Shown: positions 18,898-27,665, counted from the first letter of the stretch. The stretch is 64,000 bases of DNA from Oscillospiraceae bacterium (GCA_051867595.1 JBJDYS010000001.1:18784-82783), one strand, 5' to 3'. Notes: generated from the letters alone by a model not told the origin. Numbers and translations are program-made.

Positions 18898-21060
18898 ATG
18901 GCCGAGTATAAAACGGCGTGCCGCGGATGCCACGGCGGCTGTATGCACATTCTCACCGTCGAGGAGGGGTGCGTGACGAAGGTCCGCCCCGATCCGGACG
19001 GCCCGCTCAATCATGGGCGCGCTTGTGTCAAGGGCATGAGCATCCTTGAACAGATGTATCACCCGGACCGTCTCACCCATCCCCTGCGCCGCATCGGCCC
19101 GAAGGGCAGCGGTCAATGGGAACGCATCACCTGGGACGAGGCTCTCGACACGATCGCCGAAAAACTAAGCGGCTACATCCGCGATTACGGCGCGGAAAGC
19201 ATTGCGCTCATCTCCGGCACGGGCCGCCATCATCTGAGCCAGTTCTGGCGCTTTGCCAATGTCCTCGGCACGCCGAACGCGACCTCCTCCGGCGCGCTCA
19301 TCTGTCTCGGCCCGCGCAAAAATGCCGGCGAGCTCTGCTGCGGGCATTTCGCCGGTGTGGACTATTACGGCGATGTCCGTCCCGGCGGCATCCTCGTATG
19401 GGGCGCAAACCCCGCCATCTCCGGCGCGGACGGCGAGCTGACCTTTCTCATCAGAGACGCCGTCCGGGAGGGCATCCCGCTCCTCGTCGTCGACCCCAAG
19501 CCCAATGAGCTGACCCGCGCCGCGAAGCTGTGGCTGCCCCTGCGCCCCGGCACGGACGGCGCTCTGGCCATGGGCATCCTGAACATCCTGATTCAGGAAA
19601 AGCTCTATGACCGCGACTTTGTGGAAAACTATACCTACGGCTTTGACGCACTTGCCGCCCGGTGTGCGGAATACGGTCTTGCCCGTGTCGCGGAGATTAC
19701 CGGGCTTCCCCCCGAAAAGATCACAGAGGCCGCGCATCTCATCGCCTCCATAAGGCCCCTCGCGCTTGAATGGGGCACCGCCATCGAGCAGAGCACAAAC
19801 GCCCTGCAGACCTGCCGCGCCATCTTCATGATCCCGGCCCTGACCGGAAACTACGACGTTCCCGGCGGGTTTGTGGAGAGCATGGAGATCGCGCCGACGG
19901 CGGATATTCTCCTCGACCGGCTCAGCCCGGAGCAGATCGAAAAGTGCATCTCCGGGCCCTATCCGCTCTGCAACGGCACGGCCTCGCCGAAGCTCTTCGC
20001 GCACCCCTATTTCACGCTCGACGCGATCCGAACCGGAAAGCCCTATCCGATCCGCGCCCTCCTCTCCAGCGCAAACAACACGCTCCTTTCCGTTGCCGAC
20101 AGCCGCCACACCTTCGACTGTCTGAACGCTCTGGAATTTTTCGTGTATATGGACTTTTTCATGACTCCGACGGCGGAGCTTGCGGACATCATCCTCCCGG
20201 CCGCGCTGTGGCCCGAGGTGGACAGCGTGTTCTGTATGCCGGAATTCGGCGATGTCGCGGCTCTGTGTATGCAGAAGGTCGTGCAGGTCGGCGAATGCCG
20301 CGCCGATGAGGAGGTTTTTCTCGCGCTGTCCCAGCGCATGGGCCTCGATTACGGCGCGGACAGCCAGCGGGATATCCTCGACGGCATTCTCGCCGAGCTG
20401 GGACGCCGCCGCCCGGAATACGCCGGGATCGATTTCGAGCGCTTCAAAACGCTCGGCTGGATCGCGCCGGAGCGGGAATACCTCTCCTACCGCCAACGCG
20501 GCTTCCACACCCCGACCGGAAAGTTTGAGCTGTGGTCAACCATCCTGGAAAAGGCCGGCGCCGATCCGCTCCCGGCCTGGTACGAGCCGCCCGAAACGCC
20601 GGTCAGCCGCCCGGATATGCTCGCAGACTACCCTCTGATTCTGACCACCGGCAGCCGCACGATGCCGTTTTTCATTTCCAACAACCGGCAGATCAAATCC
20701 CTGCGCCGCCAGCATCCCTTCCCGCTTGTGTCCATGAGCGTCGCCACCGCCGCCCGGTACGGCATAAAGGACGGGCAATGGGTCTTTATCGAGACCGCCC
20801 GCGGGCGCATCACCCAGAAGGCACAGCTTCTTGCCGATATGCCAGACGGCATCGTCAACTGCGAAATGGGCTGGTGGTACCCCGAGGCGTCCGCGCCCGG
20901 CTATGGCTGGGACGAATCAAATGCCAACATCCTCACCATTTGCGCGCCGCCTCACGATCCCATCGGCGGTGCATACCAGACGCGCGCTCTGCTCTGCAAA
21001 ATCTATCCGAACCCCGACTGCCGCATTGAGGAGCGTTATCACGCCTGGATAAACGAATAA
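18898..21060 (+). CDS. Molybdopterin-dependent oxidoreductase (DMSO-reductase superfamily), cytoplasmic, substrate unknown
   Basis: N-terminal 4Fe-4S motif CRGCHGGC...C, no twin-arginine signal, typical MopB core and C-terminal beta-barrel (GDWVFIET-like: GQWVFIETARGRI). AAGGAGG lies upstream of the ATG at 18898. Confidence 0.9.
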   Translation: MAEYKTACRGCHGGCMHILTVEEGCVTKVRPDPDGPLNHGRACVKGMSILEQMYHPDRLTHPLRRIGPKGSGQWERITWDEALDTIAEKLSGYIRDYGAESIALISGTGRHHLSQFWRFANVLGTPNATSSGALICLGPRKNAGELCCGHFAGVDYYGDVRPGGILVWGANPAISGADGELTFLIRDAVREGIPLLVVDPKPNELTRAAKLWLPLRPGTDGALAMGILNILIQEKLYDRDFVENYTYGFDALAARCAEYGLARVAEITGLPPEKITEAAHLIASIRPLALEWGTAIEQSTNALQTCRAIFMIPALTGNYDVPGGFVESMEIAPTADILLDRLSPEQIEKCISGPYPLCNGTASPKLFAHPYFTLDAIRTGKPYPIRALLSSANNTLLSVADSRHTFDCLNALEFFVYMDFFMTPTAELADIILPAALWPEVDSVFCMPEFGDVAALCMQKVVQVGECRADEEVFLALSQRMGLDYGADSQRDILDGILAELGRRRPEYAGIDFERFKTLGWIAPEREYLSYRQRGFHTPTGKFELWSTILEKAGADPLPAWYEPPETPVSRPDMLADYPLILTTGSRTMPFFISNNRQIKSLRRQHPFPLVSMSVATAARYGIKDGQWVFIETARGRITQKAQLLADMPDGIVNCEMGWWYPEASAPGYGWDESNANILTICAPPHDPIGGAYQTRALLCKIYPNPDCRIEERYHAWINE

Positions 21061-21064
21061 AAAC

Positions 21065-21106
21065 ATCGCCGCGTTTCCGAATAAGGGGGAAATGCGGCGA
21101 TTTTTT
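21065..21106 (+). terminator. Intrinsic terminator
   Basis: atcgccgc-loop-gcggcgat followed by tttttt. Confidence 0.7.
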
Positions 21107-21117
21107 CCGGCACAGGC

Positions 21118-21146
21118 TTGTATTTGACCCGATGTTTTTGTATAAT
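21118..21146 (+). promoter_or_regulatory. Sigma-A-type promoter
   Basis: TTGTAT-17 nt-TATAAT with TG just upstream of the -10. Confidence 0.45.
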
Positions 21147-21201
21147 TTTTGTTTGGACACGGGGTAGAAATACCCTGAATATAGAAAGGAAGTATAAAAC
21201 A

Positions 21202-21606
21202 ATGAGTAGTATGTCCAAACAGAAAAAAACGACGCTCATCATCGTGGCCGTCGCGATCGTTCTGGTCATAGCCCTCCTTGTCGTCTGGGCAACCTTCCGG
21301 CCCGGTGCGCTTGAGGGAGTTAAGGAGATCACCGTGAACGTCACGCACACCGATGAGAGCACGTACACCAACACGTTCGAGACGACCGCAAAATATCTGG
21401 CGGAAGCGCTTGAACCCTATGACCTGCTCGACGGGGACGAAACCGAATACGGCCTGTTTGTCAAGACCGTTGACGGCGAGTATGCCAACGACGCCGAGGG
21501 CGCATACTGGATGTATGACGCAAACGGCACCATGGCCGAGTACGGCGTTGACACGCAGCCCATCGAGGACGGCGACGTTTACGACTTCTATATCATGACC
21601 TACTGA
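21202..21606 (+). CDS. DUF4430-like membrane-anchored extracytoplasmic protein
   Basis: N-terminal TM helix (TTLIIVAVAIVLVIALLVVWA), then about 100 aa ending ...GAYWMYDANG...DGDVYDFYIM, which matches the DUF4430 fold as I remember it. Confidence 0.65.
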   Translation: MSSMSKQKKTTLIIVAVAIVLVIALLVVWATFRPGALEGVKEITVNVTHTDESTYTNTFETTAKYLAEALEPYDLLDGDETEYGLFVKTVDGEYANDAEGAYWMYDANGTMAEYGVDTQPIEDGDVYDFYIMTY

Positions 21607-21607
21607 T

Positions 21608-22126
21608 ATGAAGCTCGCAGCGCGTGAGCTTGTCAGCCTGAGCCTGATCGCGGCCATCACCGTCGCCGCCAAGGAGGCCATGTCCTTCCTGCCGAACATC
21701 GAGCCGGTCACGCTGTTTCTCATGTGCACGGCGCTGGTCTACGGCTGGAAGGCCCTGTATCCCTGCTATATTTTCGTGCTGCTGGAGGGGCTTCTGTATG
21801 GCTTTGGCTGGTGGTTCTACTGTTATCTCTACATCTGGGGAATCCTGGTTGCCGTCGTCGTGCTTCTCAAACGCTTTGACCTGTCATGGACGGCGTGGAC
21901 GATCATCGCCGCGCTGTTCGGCCTGTTTTTCGGCACGCTCTGCTGCGTTCAGTCGCTGATCGTGGGCGGCTGGCAGCTCGCCTTTTCGTTCTTTGTCGCC
22001 GGCATCCCCTATGACCTTCTCCACTGCGCCGGAAACGCCGTGATCTGCGGCGTTCTGTTGAAGCCGCTCACGACACGGCTGCAGAAGCTGGCGCACCCTG
22101 AAACATCCATTCCGGAAAAGGAGTAA
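21608..22126 (+). CDS. ECF-transporter S-component-like membrane protein
   Basis: 172 aa with about 6 TM helices. The N-terminal AAKEAMSFLPNIEPVTLFLM motif is typical of ECF S components. Starts 2 nt after the DUF4430 stop. Confidence 0.55.
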   Translation: MKLAARELVSLSLIAAITVAAKEAMSFLPNIEPVTLFLMCTALVYGWKALYPCYIFVLLEGLLYGFGWWFYCYLYIWGILVAVVVLLKRFDLSWTAWTIIAALFGLFFGTLCCVQSLIVGGWQLAFSFFVAGIPYDLLHCAGNAVICGVLLKPLTTRLQKLAHPETSIPEKE

Positions 22127-22131
22127 TACCC

Positions 22132-22683
22132 ATGAACACTCTCGAACAATACGCCGCCGAAGCCGCGGCCGCCATGGAAGAACTCGTGGAAACGGCTAAG
22201 CTCCGCCCCGGCCAGATCGTGGTCGTCGGCTGCAGCACCAGCGAAGTCACCGGGCATAAGATCGGCAGCTTTTCCGCCCCGGAGATCGGACAGGCTCTGT
22301 TCGAGGGCATCCAGTCCGTGCTGAAACCACGCGGCATCTATCTCGCCGCCCAGTGCTGCGAGCATCTGAACCGCGCCATCATCACCGAAGCCGCCGCCGT
22401 GCCCGGCGCGGACATCGTAAACGTCGTTCCGCAGCCCAAGGCCGGAGGCTCTTTTGCCACGGCGGCATACCACGGCTTTGAGCAGCCCGTCGCGCTCGAG
22501 CATATCCGCGCCGACGCGGGCCTTGACATCGGATGCACCCTCATCGGTATGCACCTCAAGGAGGTCGCCGTCCCCGTCCGGCTCGCCCACAACCGCATCG
22601 GTGAAGCCTTGGTCTTATCCGCCCGTGTCCGACCGAAGTTCATCGGCGGTCAGCGCGCCGTCTATGACGACGACCTGAAATGA
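22132..22683 (+). CDS. TIGR01440/UPF0340 family protein (YwlG-like)
   Basis: GQIVVVGCSTSEV...YLAAQCCEHLNRAI...IGMHLK are conserved blocks of the UPF0340 family. Confidence 0.8.
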   Translation: MNTLEQYAAEAAAAMEELVETAKLRPGQIVVVGCSTSEVTGHKIGSFSAPEIGQALFEGIQSVLKPRGIYLAAQCCEHLNRAIITEAAAVPGADIVNVVPQPKAGGSFATAAYHGFEQPVALEHIRADAGLDIGCTLIGMHLKEVAVPVRLAHNRIGEALVLSARVRPKFIGGQRAVYDDDLK

Positions 22684-22738
22684 TTCTCCGCGAATAATCC
22701 CGGAACCATGGGCGGCGCCCATCAAGCAGTATTCCAAC

Positions 22739-22775
22739 CGCCCGAAGAAGTCCCGGATTTCTTCGGGCGATTTCT
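22739..22775 (+). terminator. Intrinsic terminator
   Basis: cgcccgaagaa-gtcccggat-ttcttcgggcg followed by atttct. Confidence 0.6.
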
Positions 22776-22855
22776 GTACGGATAGCGGACTTTTTCGTGT
22801 TCTATTGATAGAATTCAGCAAAAGTGTACGATAAATCAGGGTTTGGAGGAATCTT

Positions 22856-23461
22856 ATGACTTTATTTATCAACAAAACCGTGAGCAGCATATTCCAAATT
22901 ATTCTGTTTGCCATTGTTCCTTTTATTTGGTGGTTTGTAACGGCAAGAAAACAACAAAAATTCTCACAGTGGATTGGGCTGAAAAAAATTGATGGCGGTA
23001 CGAAAACTTTCGCGGCTACCAGTATATTATCTGTTGCTTTTTTATTATTCGGAGCGTTCACTCTATATTTGATAAGAGGTATTGAGACGGCGACTTCCGA
23101 ATTTGCGGGGCTTGGGGTAAACGCAATGCCGGCAATCGTTGTATATGCTGCCTTTAATACGGCCTTTCCGGAGGAAATTTTATTCAGAGGATTTCTGTTG
23201 AAAAGGATGACAAATAAAGTTGGCTTTACCACGGCAAATATAATACAGGCTTTATTATTCGGATTATTGCATGGCGTGATGTTTTTCTCGCTGGCAGGAG
23301 CGTTAAAGGTTGTTTTGATTATATTCTTTACAGGCGCTATTGCCTGGTGTATGGGATATATCAATGAAAAGTATGCCAATGGCTCCATTATTCCGAGCTG
23401 GATCATACATACAATTTCCAATTTATTTTCCGGAATTTGTGCGGCGTTTTCTATCATATAA
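22856..23461 (+). CDS. CPBP-family intramembrane glutamic endopeptidase (CAAX/Abi-like)
   Basis: Motif 1 FPEEILFRGFL, motif 2 LLFGLLH, and a C-terminal IIHTISN. The gene and its flanks are conspicuously AT-rich relative to the window. Confidence 0.85.
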   Translation: MTLFINKTVSSIFQIILFAIVPFIWWFVTARKQQKFSQWIGLKKIDGGTKTFAATSILSVAFLLFGAFTLYLIRGIETATSEFAGLGVNAMPAIVVYAAFNTAFPEEILFRGFLLKRMTNKVGFTTANIIQALLFGLLHGVMFFSLAGALKVVLIIFFTGAIAWCMGYINEKYANGSIIPSWIIHTISNLFSGICAAFSII

Positions 23462-23514
23462 AATTCAACATCCTGCCCAGGCCGCTATTCCCTGCGGTCT
23501 TTCCGTCTGCAAAC

Positions 23515-23555
23515 CGAAAAGAATCCTCCGTATGATTGACACCATACGGAGGATT
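23515..23555 (-). terminator. Intrinsic terminator of hslO (hairpin shared with the convergent CPBP gene)
   Basis: atcctccgtatg / catacggaggat stem. On the minus strand it is followed by tcttttcggttt. Confidence 0.55.
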
Positions 23556-23570
23556 TACTAATGGGATATT

Positions 23571-24458
23571 TTATTCCTTGTCGTTCTTCCCGGCCAGCGC
23601 CATCGCGCGAAGCTCGTCGTAGGTGAAAACGTACTTCGATCCGCAGAAATCGCAGGATATCTCCGCATCCTGTTTGGCCAAAACCATGTCGATGAGGTCC
23701 GCACGGTCAATGGTCGAGATGGCCTTAGCAAAGCGCTCGCGGCTGCAGTTGCATTTGTACGCCACCGGGTACTGCTCGGTGATGTGGTACTCAAAGCCCT
23801 TCAGAACCTGCGCGAACAGCGCCTCCGCGCCGTCCTCGTCGAGGATGGTCGTGAGCTGATCCATGAGGAAGATGTTGTCCTCAAGGCGCGTGATGAGCTC
23901 CTCCTCCGCCCCGGGCATGAGCTGCACGATGAAGCCGCCAGCCGCCTTGATGGACGTGTCCGTGTCCACCAGCACGCCCAGCGCACACGCGGACGGAACC
24001 TGCTCGCTCTCGAGCAGATACGCCGTGATGTCCTCGGCGATCTCCCCACTCACGAGCTCTACCGAGCCGATATACGGCTCTTTGAGGCCGAGGTCGCGGC
24101 TGACCACCAGCATACCGGTATGGCCCACGGCGCCGCCGACATCGAGCTTCCCGTCCGCACGAAGCGGAAGATTCACCGCCGGATTTTCCATGATACCGCG
24201 GACATTGCCGTCCGAGTCCGACACGGCGATGATCTGTCCGGCAGGGCCGTCGCCCTGCACGCGGATCGTGAGGCTCGCGTCCTCCTCCTTGAGCATATTC
24301 CCCATAAGCGACGCGGCGCACAGCGTGCGGCCCAAAGCCGCGGCAGCGGTCGGCGTGCAGTTATGGATTTCGCGGGCACGCTGTATCATATCGCGCGCGT
24401 CGATGACTGCCATTTTGATATATCCGTCCCCGGCTGTGGCCCGGATGATTCTGTCCAT
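23571..24458 (-). CDS. hslO: Redox-regulated chaperone Hsp33
   Basis: C-terminal zinc centre CNCSRERF...CDFCGSKY. AAGAGGTG lies upstream of the ATG at 24458 (MDRIIRAT...). Confidence 0.9.
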   Translation of the reverse strand: MDRIIRATAGDGYIKMAVIDARDMIQRAREIHNCTPTAAAALGRTLCAASLMGNMLKEEDASLTIRVQGDGPAGQIIAVSDSDGNVRGIMENPAVNLPLRADGKLDVGGAVGHTGMLVVSRDLGLKEPYIGSVELVSGEIAEDITAYLLESEQVPSACALGVLVDTDTSIKAAGGFIVQLMPGAEEELITRLEDNIFLMDQLTTILDEDGAEALFAQVLKGFEYHITEQYPVAYKCNCSRERFAKAISTIDRADLIDMVLAKQDAEISCDFCGSKYVFTYDELRAMALAGKNDKE

Positions 24459-24540
24459 AAATAACACCTCTTATAAGCTATTGTCTTCACGCGATTATAC
24501 CAAATCCCACGGCCGGTGTAAAGTCGATGCCGCCCGGAAC

Positions 24541-24574
24541 GTAAAGAAAGAGCCGTCCGGAAGGACGACTCTTT
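24541..24574 (-). terminator. Intrinsic terminator after the 976-aa gene
   Basis: Minus strand: aaagagtcgtcc-ttcc-ggacggctcttt (one G:U pair) followed by ctttac. Confidence 0.5.
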
Positions 24575-24586
24575 CCCACTATGTGA

Positions 24587-27517
24587 TTACTTGGAAGCTT
24601 CGCCGCTGGCGGAGGCCGCCGGCGCAGCCGGGCTGACGGTAAACGTACCGTCGGCGTTCTCGGTAACCGTGCCGATGATGGTGCTCGTCGCATCCACGGT
24701 GAGCTCCGCCACGGTGCACTCCTCGGTGACCGTCCAGACGGAACCCTCGGTCAGCGTGATGTAGGCAAAGCCGACCGCTTCCTCCCCCATCTCGCCGGAG
24801 GTGGCGAGGCTGGGATCGGCGTAGATGACCGTGCCGCTCCACTCGGAATTCACGAGCGTGGCATTCACGGCGTTGGTGTTCTTCGGCCCGACGTAGAAGT
24901 CGCCCACGAGCTCGCAGGTCTCGTCGGAAGCGCCGGTCACGTCCCACTTGGTGCGGCTGTTCTCATTCACGAAGGTGACATTCAGCTTGCCGCTGTTCTC
25001 GGCGGAGGCGATGAGGTTATCGGCCGGGGTGTAGATTTCCTTCTCCGCCTCGGTCAGGCTGTTCCACCACTCGGACTCCACGCCGTAGTTCGTGTAGTTA
25101 TCATTCGTCAGCAGGCAGGAATCGACATTCACGACCGCAGGAGAACCGTCGGAGTAGATGACCGCAAACTTGTTTCCGCCCGAATAACCGGGGGTCTTGG
25201 AGCGGTCGAGATACCACCAGGTGATGCCGCCCGCGTTATAGTGGGGGCTGTTCGCCGGGTCGATGAAGATGTTCATGCTGGAGCCGTAGGCATTGCCCTC
25301 CTCCACGATATACTGATACAGCGCAGCGTCGGCGCGGGTCAGATAATCGGCGTAGGACTCATTCGCGCCCTGAGGCTCAATGCCTGCCGCTTCCCCGATC
25401 TCGGCGATGAACTCATCGGGAGAACCGACAACATAGGCATCCTCCTCCGCCTGCGCGTCATAGCTTGCGGCGATGCGGCTGTTTTTGACCCACAGACCGG
25501 CGTCCTCGGTATTGGTGTTGCCGGAGGCACGAACCTTCAGGCCCATGCAGCCCTGCAGACGGCAGTTAAAGGCGAAGCCGTAGCCCGCCGAGGCGGAGCA
25601 GAGCGCCGCGTCAAGGTTGGAGGTGCAGTCAGAGTTGAACACATAGACCCAGCTCTCGGAATAGCCGATCGTGTAAACACCGGCGGAGCGCAGGCCATAG
25701 CACTTCGTGACGACCTGGTTCGCGACGATGGTGCCGCCGCCCTTATCGGTCGCCAGCGCGGTACCGGCATCCAGGCCGGACACGATGACGGTCACATCGT
25801 CGGGATGGTCGGTCAGAACCAGAACATTGTTGCCGTCCTCGTCCTGCCCCATCGCGGCATAGGAGTAATCGGGGATCTCCGTCGCCTCGGGATCGACGAT
25901 GTTCACAGAACCGTCCTCGTTGATGAGGTTCGTGCCATCGGTGTTCAGGAGAATCTGGCCTCCCTGGGAGACATAGGGGCCGTGACCGCCGGAGGACGCA
26001 GCGAAGATGTCACCGCCCTGAATGATCGCAAGTCCGCGTCCGGTGGCATAGATGGAGTTGTTGCGACCCAGGATCTGGGGCTGGTTCAGACGCAGAATGG
26101 AGGTATCATAGTGGATGTCGCTTGCTGCGATCTTGCCCTCGGTGCCGCCGTCGACATGGACCTGAGAACCGACGCCGTAGAAGTTGCCGGACTCGGACGG
26201 GCCGCGGCCGCTGGTGTAGCAGTACACGATCAGGTCATTGATGGTGTACTCACCGAGGCCCTGCGCGAATACGGACGCATGGTCGACATTGTCCGCCGAA
26301 TAGACGAGCTGACCGTCCAGCACAGAGCCGTCATCCGAGGTCTCGTCCACCATCTTGTAGAGGTAGGTGCAGTACATGATGACCGTACCGCGGGCCGGGC
26401 CGGAGGTGATATTGGCATAGTAGTTGTGCAGGCGGATGATGTCATAGTCCTCGCCGTAGACAAGGCCCTGCGTCTCATACATACCGTTGATGACTTCCGC
26501 CTTGGTCAGATACTCGACCTCGGTGGCCTGCGAGGAATAGACCTCCTTATACAGGCTATCACCGTTCTTATAGAACACACCCGTGGAAACGCCCAGCGCG
26601 TGGACATAGTCCGTGACGGAGGCGTTGGGATCCTCGACCTTATACAGATCGTCGGGCAGCTCGGCGCCGTCCGCCACTGCGCCGGGGATGATCTCGGTGT
26701 AGGCATAGCTCGTACCGCTTGTGGAGAAGGTACGGGTCTCCTTCTCACCCTCGGCCAGGGCCGTAAAGGCCGCATCAATGCCGGTGGATGCCGCGGAGAA
26801 GGTATAGTTGAAGGTGTAGTCCTGCACGAAATCGGTGACTTCGGTGGTCTTGCCGTCCACAGTGATCGAGGCGATCTTATAGCCCTCCGCCGCGCTGACG
26901 GTCAGGGTCGTGGAAAGGCCGTAAACTTCCGCAGGAACCGCATAGGTACCGGCCGGCGTAATGGAGCCGTTCGCGGTGTTCGCCACGACGAACGGCGTGC
27001 AGCCGGCGATGTCCCTGACCTCCTTGCCGTTCAGCGCCGCGGAAGCCGCCGCGGAAGAGCCCGGCTCGGTCATGACATAGCCGGAGCAGCTCAGCCAGGG
27101 AGCATCGGAGACCTCGACAGAAGCCGGGATGACCCACGCAACCGTGTTGTTGAAGTCGTGGATGGACGAGTCGGCAACATATCCCAGTTCCTCCGGGAAC
27201 AGCGCCCAGGAGCCATTGAGCTTGTTATTCGACATGACCGCTCCCCCGTTGCCGAGGGCATCGACGGTCTCGCCCGCCATATAGCCGGGCAGCAGCACGA
27301 CCATTTCGCTCTTGACGCTCTGGGGCGCCTGAATGACGGTGATGACCCCGTCCTCGACGGTATACATCCAGCCGCTCTGCTCGGCCGTGATCGGGCCGGA
27401 AAGCTCCACCACCGGCGGCGCAGCCGTCTCGCCGGACGCCTCACCGCTCGCAAAAGCGGATGCGCCCAGCATCAGAATCATCACAAGTGCCAGAATGATG
27501 CTCAGAAGTTTCTTCAT
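24587..27517 (-). CDS. Large secreted protein of unknown function (976 aa)
   Basis: Signal peptide MKKLLSIILALVMILMLGASAFA, AAGGAGG SD, and Gly/Asn/Thr-rich sequence compatible with beta-solenoid or Ig-like repeats. No LPXTG or SLH. The plus-strand ORF 25241..27583 is an antisense artefact. Confidence 0.8.
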   Translation of the reverse strand: MKKLLSIILALVMILMLGASAFASGEASGETAAPPVVELSGPITAEQSGWMYTVEDGVITVIQAPQSVKSEMVVLLPGYMAGETVDALGNGGAVMSNNKLNGSWALFPEELGYVADSSIHDFNNTVAWVIPASVEVSDAPWLSCSGYVMTEPGSSAAASAALNGKEVRDIAGCTPFVVANTANGSITPAGTYAVPAEVYGLSTTLTVSAAEGYKIASITVDGKTTEVTDFVQDYTFNYTFSAASTGIDAAFTALAEGEKETRTFSTSGTSYAYTEIIPGAVADGAELPDDLYKVEDPNASVTDYVHALGVSTGVFYKNGDSLYKEVYSSQATEVEYLTKAEVINGMYETQGLVYGEDYDIIRLHNYYANITSGPARGTVIMYCTYLYKMVDETSDDGSVLDGQLVYSADNVDHASVFAQGLGEYTINDLIVYCYTSGRGPSESGNFYGVGSQVHVDGGTEGKIAASDIHYDTSILRLNQPQILGRNNSIYATGRGLAIIQGGDIFAASSGGHGPYVSQGGQILLNTDGTNLINEDGSVNIVDPEATEIPDYSYAAMGQDEDGNNVLVLTDHPDDVTVIVSGLDAGTALATDKGGGTIVANQVVTKCYGLRSAGVYTIGYSESWVYVFNSDCTSNLDAALCSASAGYGFAFNCRLQGCMGLKVRASGNTNTEDAGLWVKNSRIAASYDAQAEEDAYVVGSPDEFIAEIGEAAGIEPQGANESYADYLTRADAALYQYIVEEGNAYGSSMNIFIDPANSPHYNAGGITWWYLDRSKTPGYSGGNKFAVIYSDGSPAVVNVDSCLLTNDNYTNYGVESEWWNSLTEAEKEIYTPADNLIASAENSGKLNVTFVNENSRTKWDVTGASDETCELVGDFYVGPKNTNAVNATLVNSEWSGTVIYADPSLATSGEMGEEAVGFAYITLTEGSVWTVTEECTVAELTVDATSTIIGTVTENADGTFTVSPAAPAASASGEASK

Positions 27518-27614
27518 GGGATATTCCTCCTTGTTTTTTGCTTTTTCATGCTGACCTTGGGATTATACCATAGTTCCCTGTGAAAGAATTTACAAGCTAG
27601 AAACATAATGATTA

Positions 27615-27657
27615 CTAAAAATGTTATATCCCCGGATGCGGCCAGCACATCCGGGGA
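27615..27657 (-). terminator. Intrinsic terminator after the thioesterase gene
   Basis: Minus strand: tccccggatg-loop-catccgggga followed by tataacattttt. Confidence 0.6.
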
Positions 27658-27665
27658 CATGAATT

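Noticed and set aside
18898-21060. Selenocysteine recoding (in-frame TGA) in the molybdopterin enzyme.
   Set aside because: The frame is open throughout and needs no in-frame TGA. I noticed no SECIS-like element.
21147-21201. Possible cobalamin or preQ1-type riboswitch ahead of the DUF4430/ECF-S genes.
   Set aside because: The UTR is only about 55 nt. I recognised no B12-box or preQ1 consensus. The short cggggtagaaataccc stretch is not sufficient evidence.
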